NCBI RefSeq assembly: GCF_009914755.1
Contig: NC_060926.1
Direction: 5' to 3' (one strand)
Origin: the human T2T-CHM13v2.0 reference genome, Homo sapiens
Length of the DNA stretch: 64,000 nucleotides
Made by a program: the position numbers and the translations under genes
Shown: one piece after another, positions 28,013-39,903 of the stretch
Layout of the letters: every line of letters starts with the position of its first letter
Position numbering within the stretch: the first letter of the stretch is position 1
The notes under the pieces: model-generated
Databases searched by the model: none
Seen by the model: only the letters and a program-made list of their open reading frames with translations
What the model was told of the DNA's origin: nothing

Positions 28013-28577
28013 ACCCTCATTCTGGATATTCCAGAGTTTGTTTAAGCAAATCCTTTTTTTATTGGACCTCCTTCTCATGTGTGCCCCACATTCAGCCCGG
28101 ACTCCAATTTCCATGGAATCTGGCCTCCACAGGTGCTCTGCTCTGTCCCGTCTCCATTCCTGCCAACACCCCAGGTCGTCGCCGTCATCTCTTGCCTGAT
28201 CTCTCCAGTGGCCTCCTCCCTGAACTCCTCGCTCTCATCCTCCCTGAACTCCTCGCTCCCATCCTCCCTCATCCGAGGAGCAGGCAGAGATTACAGCAGC
28301 TGGTTGGTCTGTTTCCATCTTCAGCAAAGTAGACATGTATGTAGTTTAAAGAAGAAAACAGTTCTACAAGTCTTGTGAAAATGACAGTTCCTACCTCCCT
28401 TCCCCTAAATTCCATTGTGTTAGCAGGGCCCTTTTGCCATTTAACTCCTTATTTACCCTGCATACGTTGCTACTTCTTACTGACTGGTTTTAGGCATTCT
28501 CTCTAGATGTCCACTATGAAAGGTGAAGGACGCAGCTCTTCTGCACATGCCCCTCACATACACAGGTATGCTGTCAC

Positions 28578-28585
28578 TCTCTCTT

Positions 28586-28619
<34 letters not shown>

Positions 28620-28645
28620 TCATGCACACACGCACACACGCACAC
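28578..28645. repeat. Compound (CT)n(CA)n microsatellite
   Basis: Directly visible. Confidence 0.9.
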
Positions 28646-30326
28646 TGCTCTCCTTCCATTCTCTCAATTTGGTCATTACTTGACTAGATCAGCACTTTGT
28701 TTCTTCGTTGTAAGACATGTAAATATTATTTCTAGTTGAGCCGTAGCATGTACGATGCTGTTTTCCTCTCTTGCACAACATTTTTGTTTGTGTTTTTCCT
28801 GGAGTTTGTGTGTGTTAGATTTTCTTTGTATATGTCACGAATTCAACCTCAAACTCTCCACCAGTTGTCTAAATTTTCATGCAAACCTCTCAGATATTGT
28901 ATTAATTTCACCTTCTTGAAGGAATCTCCCTTGAGCCTTCTGGCCGCCCTCAGGGCAGGTCTTTTCCTGGCAATTCCCTTCCCTGTCTCCTGGAGATTCC
29001 CTTCACCCACTCCTGTCTAATTCTGCTGCTTCTCACTTCCTGACTCACTCTTGCTTTGCAGGAGCACCTCCTCCTACATTCACTGAGAGCTGGTATTTGA
29101 GAAGCATGTTTTTTTGAAAGAAGTTGCTTATCTGCAAATGTCTCGTTTTTTTTTTTTTCAAGTTTGTTAAGAAAACTTTCAAATATTCAGTGAACACCCA
29201 CTGAGATTCTACCAGAAACATTTTACTATATTTGCTTTCTCACGTATCTATCCACCTATCCAGCCCTCTAATTGTCCATTAACCCAGTTTATTAATTACA
29301 GACGTCAGCACACTTCCCCAAATGAAACACCTTAGCACACACAGCATTAACAAGATTTCAATATTAATAGTTTTCAGTGTAGTAAACTTACACATATTTT
29401 GTTAACTTTAATCTGAAGTCTTTTATATGTTTGATCCTACTGTAAATGGATTTTTAAATTTTCATTTTCCAATTGTTTGCTGCTAGTTTATTTAAAAAAC
29501 TATTTTTGCCCAATGACTTTATATCCTTTGAGTCTGCTAAATTCACTGTGTAGCTTGATTGATTGTTTTGTATATTTCTTAAGATTTTCTATATAAGCAA
29601 TCATGTTGTTTGTGAACAAAGGCAACTTTATTTCCTTTTGGAGCTTAATGACTTTTATTTTTCTTTCTTAACTTACTGCAATGGCTAGGACCCTTGTTAC
29701 AATGTTGGATTGAAGTGACGAGAAAAGTCATCTTGTTTTGTTCCCAATCTTAGTGGGAAAGTATTTAATTGTTCACTCACTATTAAGTAGCTAATTATTC
29801 ACTCCCTAGTAAGTATGGCTTTTTTGTAATTTTTTTAAATCAGATTGATGTTCCTTTCTCTTCCTAGTTTGTTCAGGGTTTTTATCATTAATATGGGTTG
29901 AATTTTGTCAAATGCTTTTTTAGCATCTATTGAAAAGATCATTTGTTTTTTCTGCTTTATTTTGCAGTATTGTATTGCTTGATTTCTACATGTTAAGCCA
30001 TTTCAATTACATTATATTTTCATGTATATATGTGAAACATATTTATAATATATACATATATATTTTTTGGGGTTAGATTTGCTAATATTTTACAGAGTAT
30101 TTTTTAATGTACATGTGTAGATGTATTTATATGTAGATACATATACATATTTGTTTATATAAATTATTTATAAATATAGATAATATAAATATATAATATA
30201 TCTAGATTAAATTTACTAATACTTTGTAGAATATTTAAAAAATTTTTCATGAGAAATATTGGTCTAAAATTGTCTCTTTTTTGTGACATCTTTGCCAGGT
30301 TATGGCACTAGGATTATGCTGGCCTT

Positions 30327-30361
30327 GTTAGGGTTAGGGTTAGGGTTAGGGTTAGGGTTAG
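30327..30361 (+). repeat. Short interstitial telomeric sequence, G(TTAGGG)5TTAG
   Basis: Five perfect TTAGGG units plus a partial unit, embedded in L1. Confidence 0.95.
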
Positions 30362-30883
30362 TTCAGAAGCTTCCTTCCTCCTGTATTTTCAAAGAATTTG
30401 TGTCAACCTGGTGCTATCTTATCTCTAAACTTATTTTTAATTTACTGATGAAAGCATATAGTCCTGAAGATGTTTTCATAGAAAGGTTCTTAAAAATAAA
30501 TATATTTATTAAGTATATAGCCATTCATATTTTCTGTTTTATCATGCATTAGCTTTGGTAAGTCATATTTCAAGAAATCTATTTTATCTAAGTCAAGTTT
30601 ATAGGCATAAAGGTATTCATACAAATCTCTAGATAGTCTTTTAATGTCTATAGCATCTGTAGTGCTGCTTCCTCATTCCTCAAATCGGCAATTTATATTC
30701 TTTTTTGCTTGCTTGATTACTTGATTTTTTTTATTAGTCTAGCTGGGAAGTTTATCAATTTTGTTCATCTAGTCAAGGAATCAATCTTGGGCTTTGTTAC
30801 TTTTCTGTAATGTGTACATCATATTTTATCGATTTCTGCTCTTGTCTTTGTTATTTCCTTCTACTTATTCTCAGTTAATTTAC

Positions 30884-31009
30884 TTCCTTTCTTGTTTCTT
30901 TCCTTCCTTTCTTCCTTCTTTCCTTCCTCTCTTCCTTTCTTTTCTTTCCTTCCTTTTTCCTTTCTTTCTTCTTTTTCCCTTTCTCCTTTCTCCTTTCCTT
31001 TCCTTTCCT
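30884..31009. repeat. Polypyrimidine (TTCC/TTTC)n tract, probably an expanded tail of the adjacent Alu monomer
   Basis: Almost exclusively C/T for about 125 bp. Confidence 0.9.
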
Positions 31010-31128
31010 TGACAGGGTCACCCAGGCTGGAGTGCAGTAGCAGCCTCAAACTCCTAGGCTGAAGCAATCCTCCTGCCTTTGCTTCCCAAACTGCTGAGAT
31101 TACAGGTGTGAACTACCTTACCCGGCCT
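31010..31128 (-). mobile_element. FLAM / AluJ monomer
   Basis: gacagggtcacccaggctggagtgcagt...ctcaaactcctaggctgaagcaatcctcctgcc...gagattacaggtgtgaac...cccggcc. Confidence 0.85.
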
Positions 31129-32079
31129 CTATTTTCTTAAGGGGAAAGCTGAGGCCATTATTTGATACCTTTTTTTCTTTTCTAATACAGGCATCTGGGC
31201 TATATACATTCTGTCTTCTTATCATTCAGCTCAGAATACTTTTTAATTTTCCTTCTGAGTTTTTCTTTGACCCATGGATTATTAAGAAGTGTATTATTTA
31301 GTTTCCAAACCTTTGGAGATTTTCTATCAGAGTTGTGTCCACCCTGCATAGTGCTGTCTTTGGCCTGCCCTCAGCATAAATGCTAGAAAAACAAGCAAAA
31401 ACAAAACTTCCCCTTCTCTAGGCTCTGCTTGCTCATTTGTTTATTTATGTATTTAACTTTCCAGTGCCTTCAAATTTTGGGGATTTTTTCTTTTGCCTTA
31501 TTTCCAGAGTTTGTTAGTGTTTTCTTTTTTCCCTTTATTAGCAGGAAGATTGAGTCCAGCAGCAGCATCTTCAGCCATGCCAGACTCAGGAGGCTACAAC
31601 GCCAATGGCTTGGCTAAATATATCTTTCTAGCTTGCAGATAGTTTTCCCTCGGCCTTGTGAAGGCATGGCTCCTTTGATAACTTCTAAGGTTGCCATTGA
31701 GACACGTGAAATCATCCTAATTCCCAGTTGTTTGTTTGTGATCTGAAGCTTCTAGGTGCCTTGCTTTGCCCGCCGTTGTGAAACCTCAGCTCATAAGCCT
31801 TGACGTGAATATATTTTCACCGACTGTGCTGGATACTTTGGGAACTTTTCATCTGGAAACCGCTACCTTTCCACTCTGGGGACTTTCTGGAGTTACTTCT
31901 TTTGTTTCCTCACCCCTACTTTCCCAGGGGTACAGTACCCAGCCCCTCTCCTGCTGTAAGAATGTCACCATGCTCTCTCCTCCATGTTCTTTGTAGTTGT
32001 GAGTTTATGCCATCTGAAAAATCTCTTTACTGTCATTTCACGGGCTTTCAGAAGGGAGAAGAAGGAAGAAAGTAAATGT

Positions 32080-32559
32080 ATGTGCTAAATCTGTCATTTC
32101 TACCCAGATGACTCCATTCTTAGGGTAATTTTTCTCCAAGGCACATCTCCTGTCTCTCCGACCTGGTCAGAGCAACTTCCCACCTCGGCACCCTCCTTCC
32201 TTGGTGATGTGGCCTCCGCCAGCCCCTCTGGTGCGAAATCACATGAACCTGCATAGACGCTGGCTTGGCCACACCATGCCTCTGAGTTTTGGTGTCTCTG
32301 CCCCTGTGCCTGGAACACTCACTCCTCTGTCTGGTTAGTTCCTTCTGGTCTGTAAAACTCAACTTGAGTAGCACCTCCATGAAGACTTCCAGGACCCCCC
32401 ACCGGATTTTTAAGCCCCTCTGTGTGGTCCCAAAGCACCCTGGGCAGTTTCCCATCAGAGCTTTGGCCACGTTGCCCTGCAGTCTCTCATCTCTCTGTCT
32501 GCCCTGTAGACATAGCTTGGCACACAGCAGGTGCTCAGTAAATGAATGAATAAATAAAT
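32080..32559 (+). mobile_element. L2 3' end
   Basis: Ends in ttggcacacagcaggtgctcagtaaatgaatgaataaataaat, the classic L2 tail; upstream ctgtgcctggaacactc motif. Confidence 0.75.
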
Positions 32560-34230
32560 CTGGAAAATGGGAGGTCAAAAACAACATGTCTTATTGTATG
32601 CGAGACATTCTGTGATGAGCATTGTGGTATGAAGGATACACTTTTATGGGAAACCATCTTGGGGAATCATGTGAAAGCACCTATATATCCTGGTCCAGCT
32701 CAAGGCTCGAGGTCTTGGCTGTGTCTCTGCTACCCGAGGGTAGGGCGTGTCTCTGGTGCCTCACTTTGGGATGTGCAGACAGTAGGACTTCAACTAATGC
32801 TTGTGAGCAAAGCAGAAAGAGGTGAACTGCTCATCTGCTCTGCTTCCTCCGTGTAACTCTGGGAAAATCATCTTATCCCCGTCAAAGGAAGGAGATGAGA
32901 AATAGTGCTTCTTGTTCTTTCTCAGCAAGGATCATGCAGAGGTGTATAAAGAAATCACCCCCGAGCTCCTCCTCCCTCATCCATCCTCTCCAGGGGTAAT
33001 CATTTTTTTCATTGCTTATTCTTCCTCACGTCTCTCTGTGTTCATAAAAGATGAACGCACGCCTTTCTCTACATAGGTGTTGTTTTTTATCAAAATGGAC
33101 CCCCTCTGAACACATGAGTTAGCACCTTGCTACCACAAGCACTTTCAAAATTAAACTTTCCTGTAAGTCTGGGGATTATTACCTTCTAAAATAAGGAGAC
33201 TTTTCCTATTGCCTTTAGCAATGCTTGCCTGCAACTTGCAAAAATAAATCATGGGAACGTCAGCTTCCAGAGTGGAAGGAATAGTTTCCTTGCTATGCAC
33301 TGCAGCCCAGCCCTCAGTCACTGCTTGGAAACCTCATGAATAAGCATCAAACCATGACGGCAAAATGCCATTCTGGAAACTCAGTATTTCCTTATCTTGA
33401 GGACATGGTCATGCATTTCCCAGTTGAGATTCCAAAAAAGCCTTTAAATGTTACAGGTGTGTGCCATAGCTGGGCTTGCTGAGATAGGAATTGGGGAAGG
33501 TGGAAACCCAGGTCAGTGCCGTCCCGTGCGGCATCCTGTTTGTCAGTGTGCAGAAAATTCAGCTTTTGTTAACCGTGCTGACTGGAGTCAGAGGATCTTA
33601 CAGTCCACACTATATCACCTCGATTCTGGCCTGCCTGGACCTTGTGTCTTTAACTGTCTTTATCCGGACACCACAGTCTACTGGAGGCCTCTTCCCCGTG
33701 TGTGCCTCCTGAGGCTCTGTGTGTCCTGAGCATTCCTGGGCTAAGCCCCACCCAGACATGGCCGACCCTGCCAGGAAGCCCAGGGGGTTGGAGAGGACCA
33801 GGCCAAGAGCCTCCCAAGAGAGGACATCCCATGCCCACAGCAGGGGCCCCAGTGTCCCATTCAAATAGGCTGCTCCAGAGGCAGGGCCCACTTAGCCATC
33901 TTTGACCCTGCTTGGGTTCACCCAGGGTTGGGTGAGATGGGGACAGGTGTCCTCAACATGAGGCACTTCTGCAGATATGGGGTTCTCTCCAGGCTTTGAG
34001 CTGCAGCACTAAACTTCTGCCTAGTTCAGAACAGTCCTGAGGGTTCGAGATGAGGCAAGCCAGGAGCTTCTAGTCAGGAGAAGGAAGGCTGGGTAGAAAA
34101 GACAGGGAGGGTAAGGATGAGAGCAGCGGTGGTGCTGGGCGGGGGAGTCGCTCCTTGATGGGGACTCTCCCCCGACTCTAAACCTCACATCTCTTCCCAG
34201 AGCTTGAGGCTGCTCAAGGAAAATGGCTTG

Positions 34231-35067
34231 TTGGCAGTGGTTGGCAGTGCTTAGTAGTCATTGGCAACAGTTGGCAATTGTTGGCAGTGTCTAGCAGTGG
34301 TTGCCAATGATTGGCAATGGTTGGTAGTGGTTGACAGTGGTTAGCAATGGTTGGCAATGGTTAGCAGTGGTTAGCAATGATTGGTAGTGGTTATCAATGA
34401 TTGGTAGTGGTTATCAATGATTGGCAGTGGTCGGCAGTGGTCAGCAGTAGTTAGTAATGCTTAACAGTGGTTATCAGTAGTTGACAGTAGGTGGCAGTGG
34501 TTGGCACTGGTTGGCAGTGGCTAGAAACGGTTAGCAGTGGTTGGCAATTATTTGCAGTTGTTGGCAGTGGTTGGCAGTTGTTGGCAGTGGTTAGTAGTGG
34601 TTGGCAATGGTCAGAAGTGGTTGCTAATGGCTAGCAGTGGTTATCAGTTGTTGGCAGTGGTTAGCAATGCTTAACAGTAGTTATCGGTGGTTGGTAGTAG
34701 TTGGCAGTGGTTGGCATTGGTTGGCAGTGGTTAGAAATGGTAAGCAGTGGTTGGCAATGATTCGCAGTTGTTGGCAGTGCTTTGCAGTGGTTGGCAATGG
34801 TTGGCAGTGTTCAGCAATGGTCAGCAGTGGTCAGCAGTGGTTAGCAGTAATTAGCAGTGGTTGGCAGTTGTTGGCAGTGGTTAGCAGTTGTTGGCAGTGG
34901 TTAGCAGTGGTTGGCAGTGGTTAGCAGTGGTTGGCAATGGTGGGCAGTGGTTAGCAGTAGTCAGCAGTGGTCAGTAGTGGTTAGCAGTAGTTAGCAGTGG
35001 CTGGCAGTTGTTGGCAGTGCTTAGCAGTGGTTAGCAGTGGTCAGCAGTGGTTGGCAGTGGTTAACAG
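34231..35067. repeat. Minisatellite, 10-bp unit TTRGCAGTGG, ~84 copies in unbroken register
   Basis: Directly visible; units stay aligned with the 10-nt blocks across the whole array. Confidence 0.98.
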
Positions 35068-35099
35068 CTATTCCTGGGCTCCTTGCCTCATTTCTCGGC

Positions 35100-35180
35100 A
35101 GGATTGGGCCAATCAGGCAGAGGGGCAGTGCACAGCTCACCTATGAGATGTTGGATCCTCTCTGTAGGACTATAAAGAAC
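35100..35180 (+). promoter_or_regulatory. Candidate CCAAT + TATA core promoter
   Basis: GATTGG-G-CCAATC (two opposed CCAAT boxes, 35102-35114) and TATAAAG at 35171-35177. Motif evidence only. Confidence 0.25.
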
Positions 35181-37197
35181 CCTGCTTTGAATGGAAACTA
35201 AGAAAGACCCTGGGAAGTGGTGTGTGGAGGTGACCACCTGGACTGGCCCAAAGACCAGCTCTGGAGAACAGACGGACCCTCCAGGGCTGGGCTGTCATGG
35301 CAGGAGCTGGCTCTCCTCCTCAACAGCCTGTCCAAGGGGACCTGGGAAAAGCCTGAGTCCCCGGGCCTGCAGCTCCTGCACCACCCCTGCCAGCCCACCT
35401 TGCCCCTCAGCAGGCAGGTCCAGGGAGGGGGACAGGGAATGCAGGCTCAGGGGAGAGGGCTCTGTTTCCAAGATGCCCCAGGAGAGACTAGGCTCTCAGT
35501 TGGAAAGGAGTGAGGTAGGGCCACAGCAGGACAGGAATGCTGTGGGCAGGGTCACAGACGGAGGTCTGCAAGTTCCACACACCCCTTGTGGAGGGTGTCA
35601 GCAAAGAGAAGCAGGCCCTCCCTGGGCCTCCAAGACCAGTGCTATGTGGCTGAACAGTAGGCCTGGCCCTGAGTGATCACCTCCAGCCCCTGAGGCCTCC
35701 AGTGCAGGCTGCTGGGTAGGAGTGAGGCCAGCAGGGGCCTTCGTACCTGCCAGGGCACCAGCACACCAGGCGGGCCTCAGAACAGCTGCAGCGTGGTGGG
35801 AAGCCACATTGTCCGGCTGTTTGGCCAGCTGTGCTGCAGGTCCCTGGCCAGGGACTGAGATTTCTGACAGTGGGGCTGGCACTGGCACTGTGAACGTGCT
35901 GACACTGACAGGGCAGCTCCCAAGGCTGTGGTGAGGCAGGAGGTTACATGGCCTCTCTCTTCTTTGACACTTGGCAGGGAGCTATAGCCACACAGATGCC
36001 ACTGGACTGGAGCCCCAGGCAGAGTGCTGCAGGCAGAGAAGGCGGCAAAGCAGGCTACGTTCTAGGATCTGCTCAGACAGGGCTGATGTGGACATGGGAG
36101 GAGCTGTTTGGTCTCTGCAGTCCTCACCCTTCTCTAGGCAGTGGCTGCCTGCCTTTCTGTAGTCCAGCTGAAGAAAGAAGGAAACAGCAGAGAAAAATAA
36201 AGAGTATCATTCCAAGGGGCCTATACCTTGAGGCACTGCCGGGTGCAGTAGGGAGATACTAAGACCTGCCTTTGATGGGCAGTAACTGCAGGCCTGGCCC
36301 AGAATCACACCACTTAGACCTGTCCCCGCCCTCCCAGGAGCCATCATTGCAGCCTTCCAGGCGAGCTTCTGGAGGCCCTGAGAGGTTATCTGATGTGCCT
36401 GAAGCCCCACATCTAAGACAGATGGACACCTTGAAGACAGCGAGTTTTTCCTGGTAGAACAGATTCAAACGAGTATCTATTTCATCCAGGCTGGGCGCAG
36501 CTCTTCCAGCCAGAGGTGCTGGTCTGGACCCACTTCCTGAGCAGTCTCCAAACTGGGGACCCTCTGGGTTCCTGAGGGGGTGCTGTGAGGGCCTCCACCC
36601 CACTGTGATACCCCAGCTGTAGAGTGTGATGGGGTCTGGGAGTCATGCTGCAGAGTGGGGGACACGTCAGAAACAGGCGGTGTGGGCAAAGCTGGCATAG
36701 CTGCTGCTCCCCGGAAGCCGGTGCAGTGCCTCCAGCCCAGGGCCAGGAGGTGCTGGCTGTGGCTGACTCTCAGGGAGGGGATGACACCCGTTGAAGGGGC
36801 ACATCATGGATTCTGGGTGGAAAAAGTTTTCCTAAATAATCAGACCCCAGGCTTGTCCTTTAAGCATATGAGGGATCCAGATTTATACCACATGGAATTC
36901 TAAGCTAAGAAGTTAACATTTAGTCCCTTTGCTGAGCATGAGCTCAGGTCAACCCAAGGTGTCTGGCATAAACAAAGGCAAAATCATACCACAGGCTCCC
37001 AATGTGGTCCCCATAGCATGTGGATGGGGGCTTCGGGATTGGGTTCAGGGGGTCAGCATTTACCAGGTATAGGAAGAGCTACACCTCTCAGCACTTAATC
37101 TAAACGACCTGAAAGTAAACAGAAAGGAAAGCGTTAGATACATTTCAAAATGAAGAAATCTAAATTCTGAGAACCAGATTGTGATTGTGTAAATAAG

Positions 37198-37198
<1 letters not shown>

Positions 37199-37234
<36 letters not shown>
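37199..37234. repeat. (TG)18 microsatellite occupying the tail of an AluJ
   Basis: Directly visible; lies inside the Alu TSD. Confidence 0.95.
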
Positions 37235-37236
<2 letters not shown>

Positions 37237-37506
37237 AGGGTCTCACTCTGTTGCCCAGGCTGGAGTATAATCATGGCTCACTGCAACCTCAGCCTCCCAG
37301 GCTCAAGTGATCCTCCCACCTCAGCCTCCCAAGTAGCTGGGAGTACAGGCACGCATCATCACACCCAGCTAATTTTTAAATTTTTTTTGTACAGATGGGA
37401 TCTCACTATGTTGCCTAGGTTAGTCTTGAACTCCTGGGCTCAAGCAGTCCTCCTGCCTCAAACTCACAAAGTGTTGGGTTTACAGGCATGAGTCACCATG
37501 CCTGGC
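37235..37506 (-). mobile_element. AluJ
   Basis: J-type diagnostics (cagggtctcactctg, atcatggctcactgc, ggctcaagtgatcctcccacc, gaactcctgggctcaagc); TSD AAATAAGAT at 37191-37199 and 37507-37515. Confidence 0.92.
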
Positions 37507-37647
37507 AAATAAGATTTTATTCAAAATAGAACCAAAACAAACCTCTACAAATGACTACATGGGTATTCATAATTGAAACTTAGTGGAATACTTAAAAAGC
37601 AAATTAGATTCAGCTGAAGAGAGAATTAGTGAACTGGAAAATAGACA

Positions 37648-38012
37648 TTCTAGGCTGAAGTGTGTCCCTGCAAAATTCATGTTGAAGTCTTACCCCCAGT
37701 ACCTCAGAATGTGAATGTATTTGGAGACAGGGTCTTTAAAGGAGTAATTAATTTAAAGTGAGGTCTTGGGGGGGCCTTAATCCAATATAACTAGTGCCCT
37801 TATAATAAGAGGAGATTAGGACACACACAGAGAGGTGATCATGTAAAGACAGGAAGAAGACAAGCCAAGGAGAGAGGCCCCAGAGGAACCAGTCCTGCCG
37901 ATACCTTGATCTCAGACTTCCAGCCTCCAGAACTGTGGGAAAACAAATTTTTGTTGTTTAAACTGCCCCATCTGTAGTACTTTGTTGGAGGAGCCCTAGC
38001 AGATGAATGCAA
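37648..38012 (+). mobile_element. MLT1A/B-like MaLR LTR inserted in an old L1
   Basis: gtgtccctgcaaaattcatgttgaagtc...cccagtacctcagaatgtga...tatttggagacagggtctttaaaggagtaatta...accttgatctcagacttccagcctccagaactgtg. Confidence 0.88.
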
Positions 38013-39600
38013 TAGATTTAATAAATTACCCAGAATATGCATGGGAAAATAAAGAGATAGGAGGCAGAATAAAGTGAGAGGGATGATGCAAGAGCTAGAA
38101 GGACCAATACGTAAATCACCAAAGTCCCAAAGGGAGAGAGAGGCTGGCCACTGGAGCAGAGGAAATGCATGCACATTTTCCAGAACTGATAAACATGAAT
38201 CCTCAGATTCAAGAAGCACAAGAGAGCCAGAGCAGAACATAGAAAACTAAAACCCCACCTAGACACATGATTGTGAAACTGCATGTGTCATACTCTGTAA
38301 ATCATCTGCTCAGCTCCCACGCTAACCCTCTTTTAGCTTTTCCTCTCTATCTTTCCATCTCTATCTGAAATGCATGCTTCCTCAACTCCTTAGCAGTGAG
38401 GGTGCAGGCATGGGACATTGATTCTCCAGAATATTGCACCTGCCCATTTCTTGGATGCCAACGTGGGAAGTATCGGTGGCAGCTGCAGGTGGAGAGGCTG
38501 GGCCCTGTGACAACCTGACAGTAGAGGTGTGGCTTGTCACCAGTCTCAAAGGTACCAGTGCTAATGGCAAGGATGACAACAGGATGCCACTGCAATGGTT
38601 GGGTCGGATATTTTTTCAGACAAACATTTGGAATGATAAAGAATGGACTGTTCCCAGGGGACTTGAGGGGAAAATTGGCAAGGGTGTTGAAGACGATGGG
38701 GAAAGAGGCTGGGCTGCAAGAAAGCCATGGTGGAAGGGAACAGTCAGAAGACGCAGCCAGAGAACAGCGAGGCTGGGGGTCCCAGCAGAGGGGAGAGGTG
38801 CCTCAGCGATGGTCCAGGGAGGGAGAGCAGAAATGACAGAACAGTGAGTGTTGCTGGAGCGGAGGGGTCCGGCTGGTGTGCTGAGAGTTCCCAGGGAGAG
38901 CACCACCCTCTTTCAGAATGACAGGAGGAGTCAGATACAGAGGAAGACTAGGAGGGTCAGGATGTCTCTCAGGGTCTCAGGAGGGAAAGTGACACACAGA
39001 TTGGAGGGGGAAGTGTGTCTTAGCAGATGGCCCTAGCTGCAAGGAAACAGCTGGCTTCATTCAACTGTGAAGAAGTGAAGAAGGGAAGGGGCCTGGGGGC
39101 AGGGAAGGTCTTCCCCATTCTGAATTCTGTGGAGTGAAAAACGGGCTTCGGTATAGCAGGAGCAGGGGATGAACTGCAGGGAAGGCAGTGTGTTTTCCAC
39201 CGAAACTGCATCCCTGGGACATCCAGGGCTGCATGGAAGGAAGCCAAGCAGTAGGCCCAGCTCTGCTGGGGGTCCAGGGACTGGCTAAGGGGTCAGCAGA
39301 TCTTCCACCAGGGGGAAGGGCAGGGGTGTCCACCAAAGGAACTGGCCCCAACTGGGTTGGCTGGACCTCCACGGAAACCTCCCTGGCTCTGACGCTAGAA
39401 AAGCTTTTAGTAAAAATAGACACCTACTACTTACTGGAAGAATAAAAGTCACGGTGCAGAGAGACTATGTTTTAATATGATGAATATCCCTTAACATAAC
39501 ACCCCACATTATACCTAACAGTGAACTCCAGGGAAATGGCCCTTAAAAATCAGAAATTAAAAACAGGTGTTTGCCAACTGCATTAAGATTGAACAGGCTG

Positions 39601-39903
39601 GGCCGGGCGCGGTGGCTCACACCTGTTATCCCAGCACTTTGGGAGGCCAAGGTGGGCGGATCACAAGGTCAGGAGATCGAGACCATCCTGGCTAACATGA
39701 TGAAACCTCGTCTCTACTAAAAATATAAAAAATTAGCCGGGCTTGGTGGCAGGTGCCTGTAGTCCCAGCTACTCAGGAGGCTGAGGCAGGAGGATGGCAT
39801 GAACCCAGGAGGCGGAGCTTGCAGTGAGCCGAGATCGTGCCATTGCACTCCAGCCTGGGCGACAAAGCGAGACTCTATCTCAAACAACAACAACAACAAC
39901 AAA
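39601..39903 (+). mobile_element. AluY with a (CAA)n tail
   Basis: Y diagnostics (gagatcgagaccatcctggctaac, ggagcttgcagtgag); TSD aagattgaacaggctg / aagatttaacaggccg. Confidence 0.95.

Larger units (their letters stand above)
29380..31330 (-). mobile_element. L1M (ORF2 region, antisense), degenerate
   Basis: gttgaattttgtcaaatgcttttttagcatctattga, ttcatgagaaatattggtcta, ctttgacccatggattattaagaagtgtattatttagtttccaa are antisense L1 ORF2 motifs. Confidence 0.85.

Noticed and set aside
30327-30361. Chromosome end or telomere-fusion site
   Set aside because: Only 35 bp, single orientation, no degenerate or head-to-head repeats or telomere-associated sequence; L1 continues on both sides.
34637-34924. 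95-aa ORF with WQWLAVV repeats
   Set aside because: Product of the 10-bp array; neighbouring units introduce stop codons.
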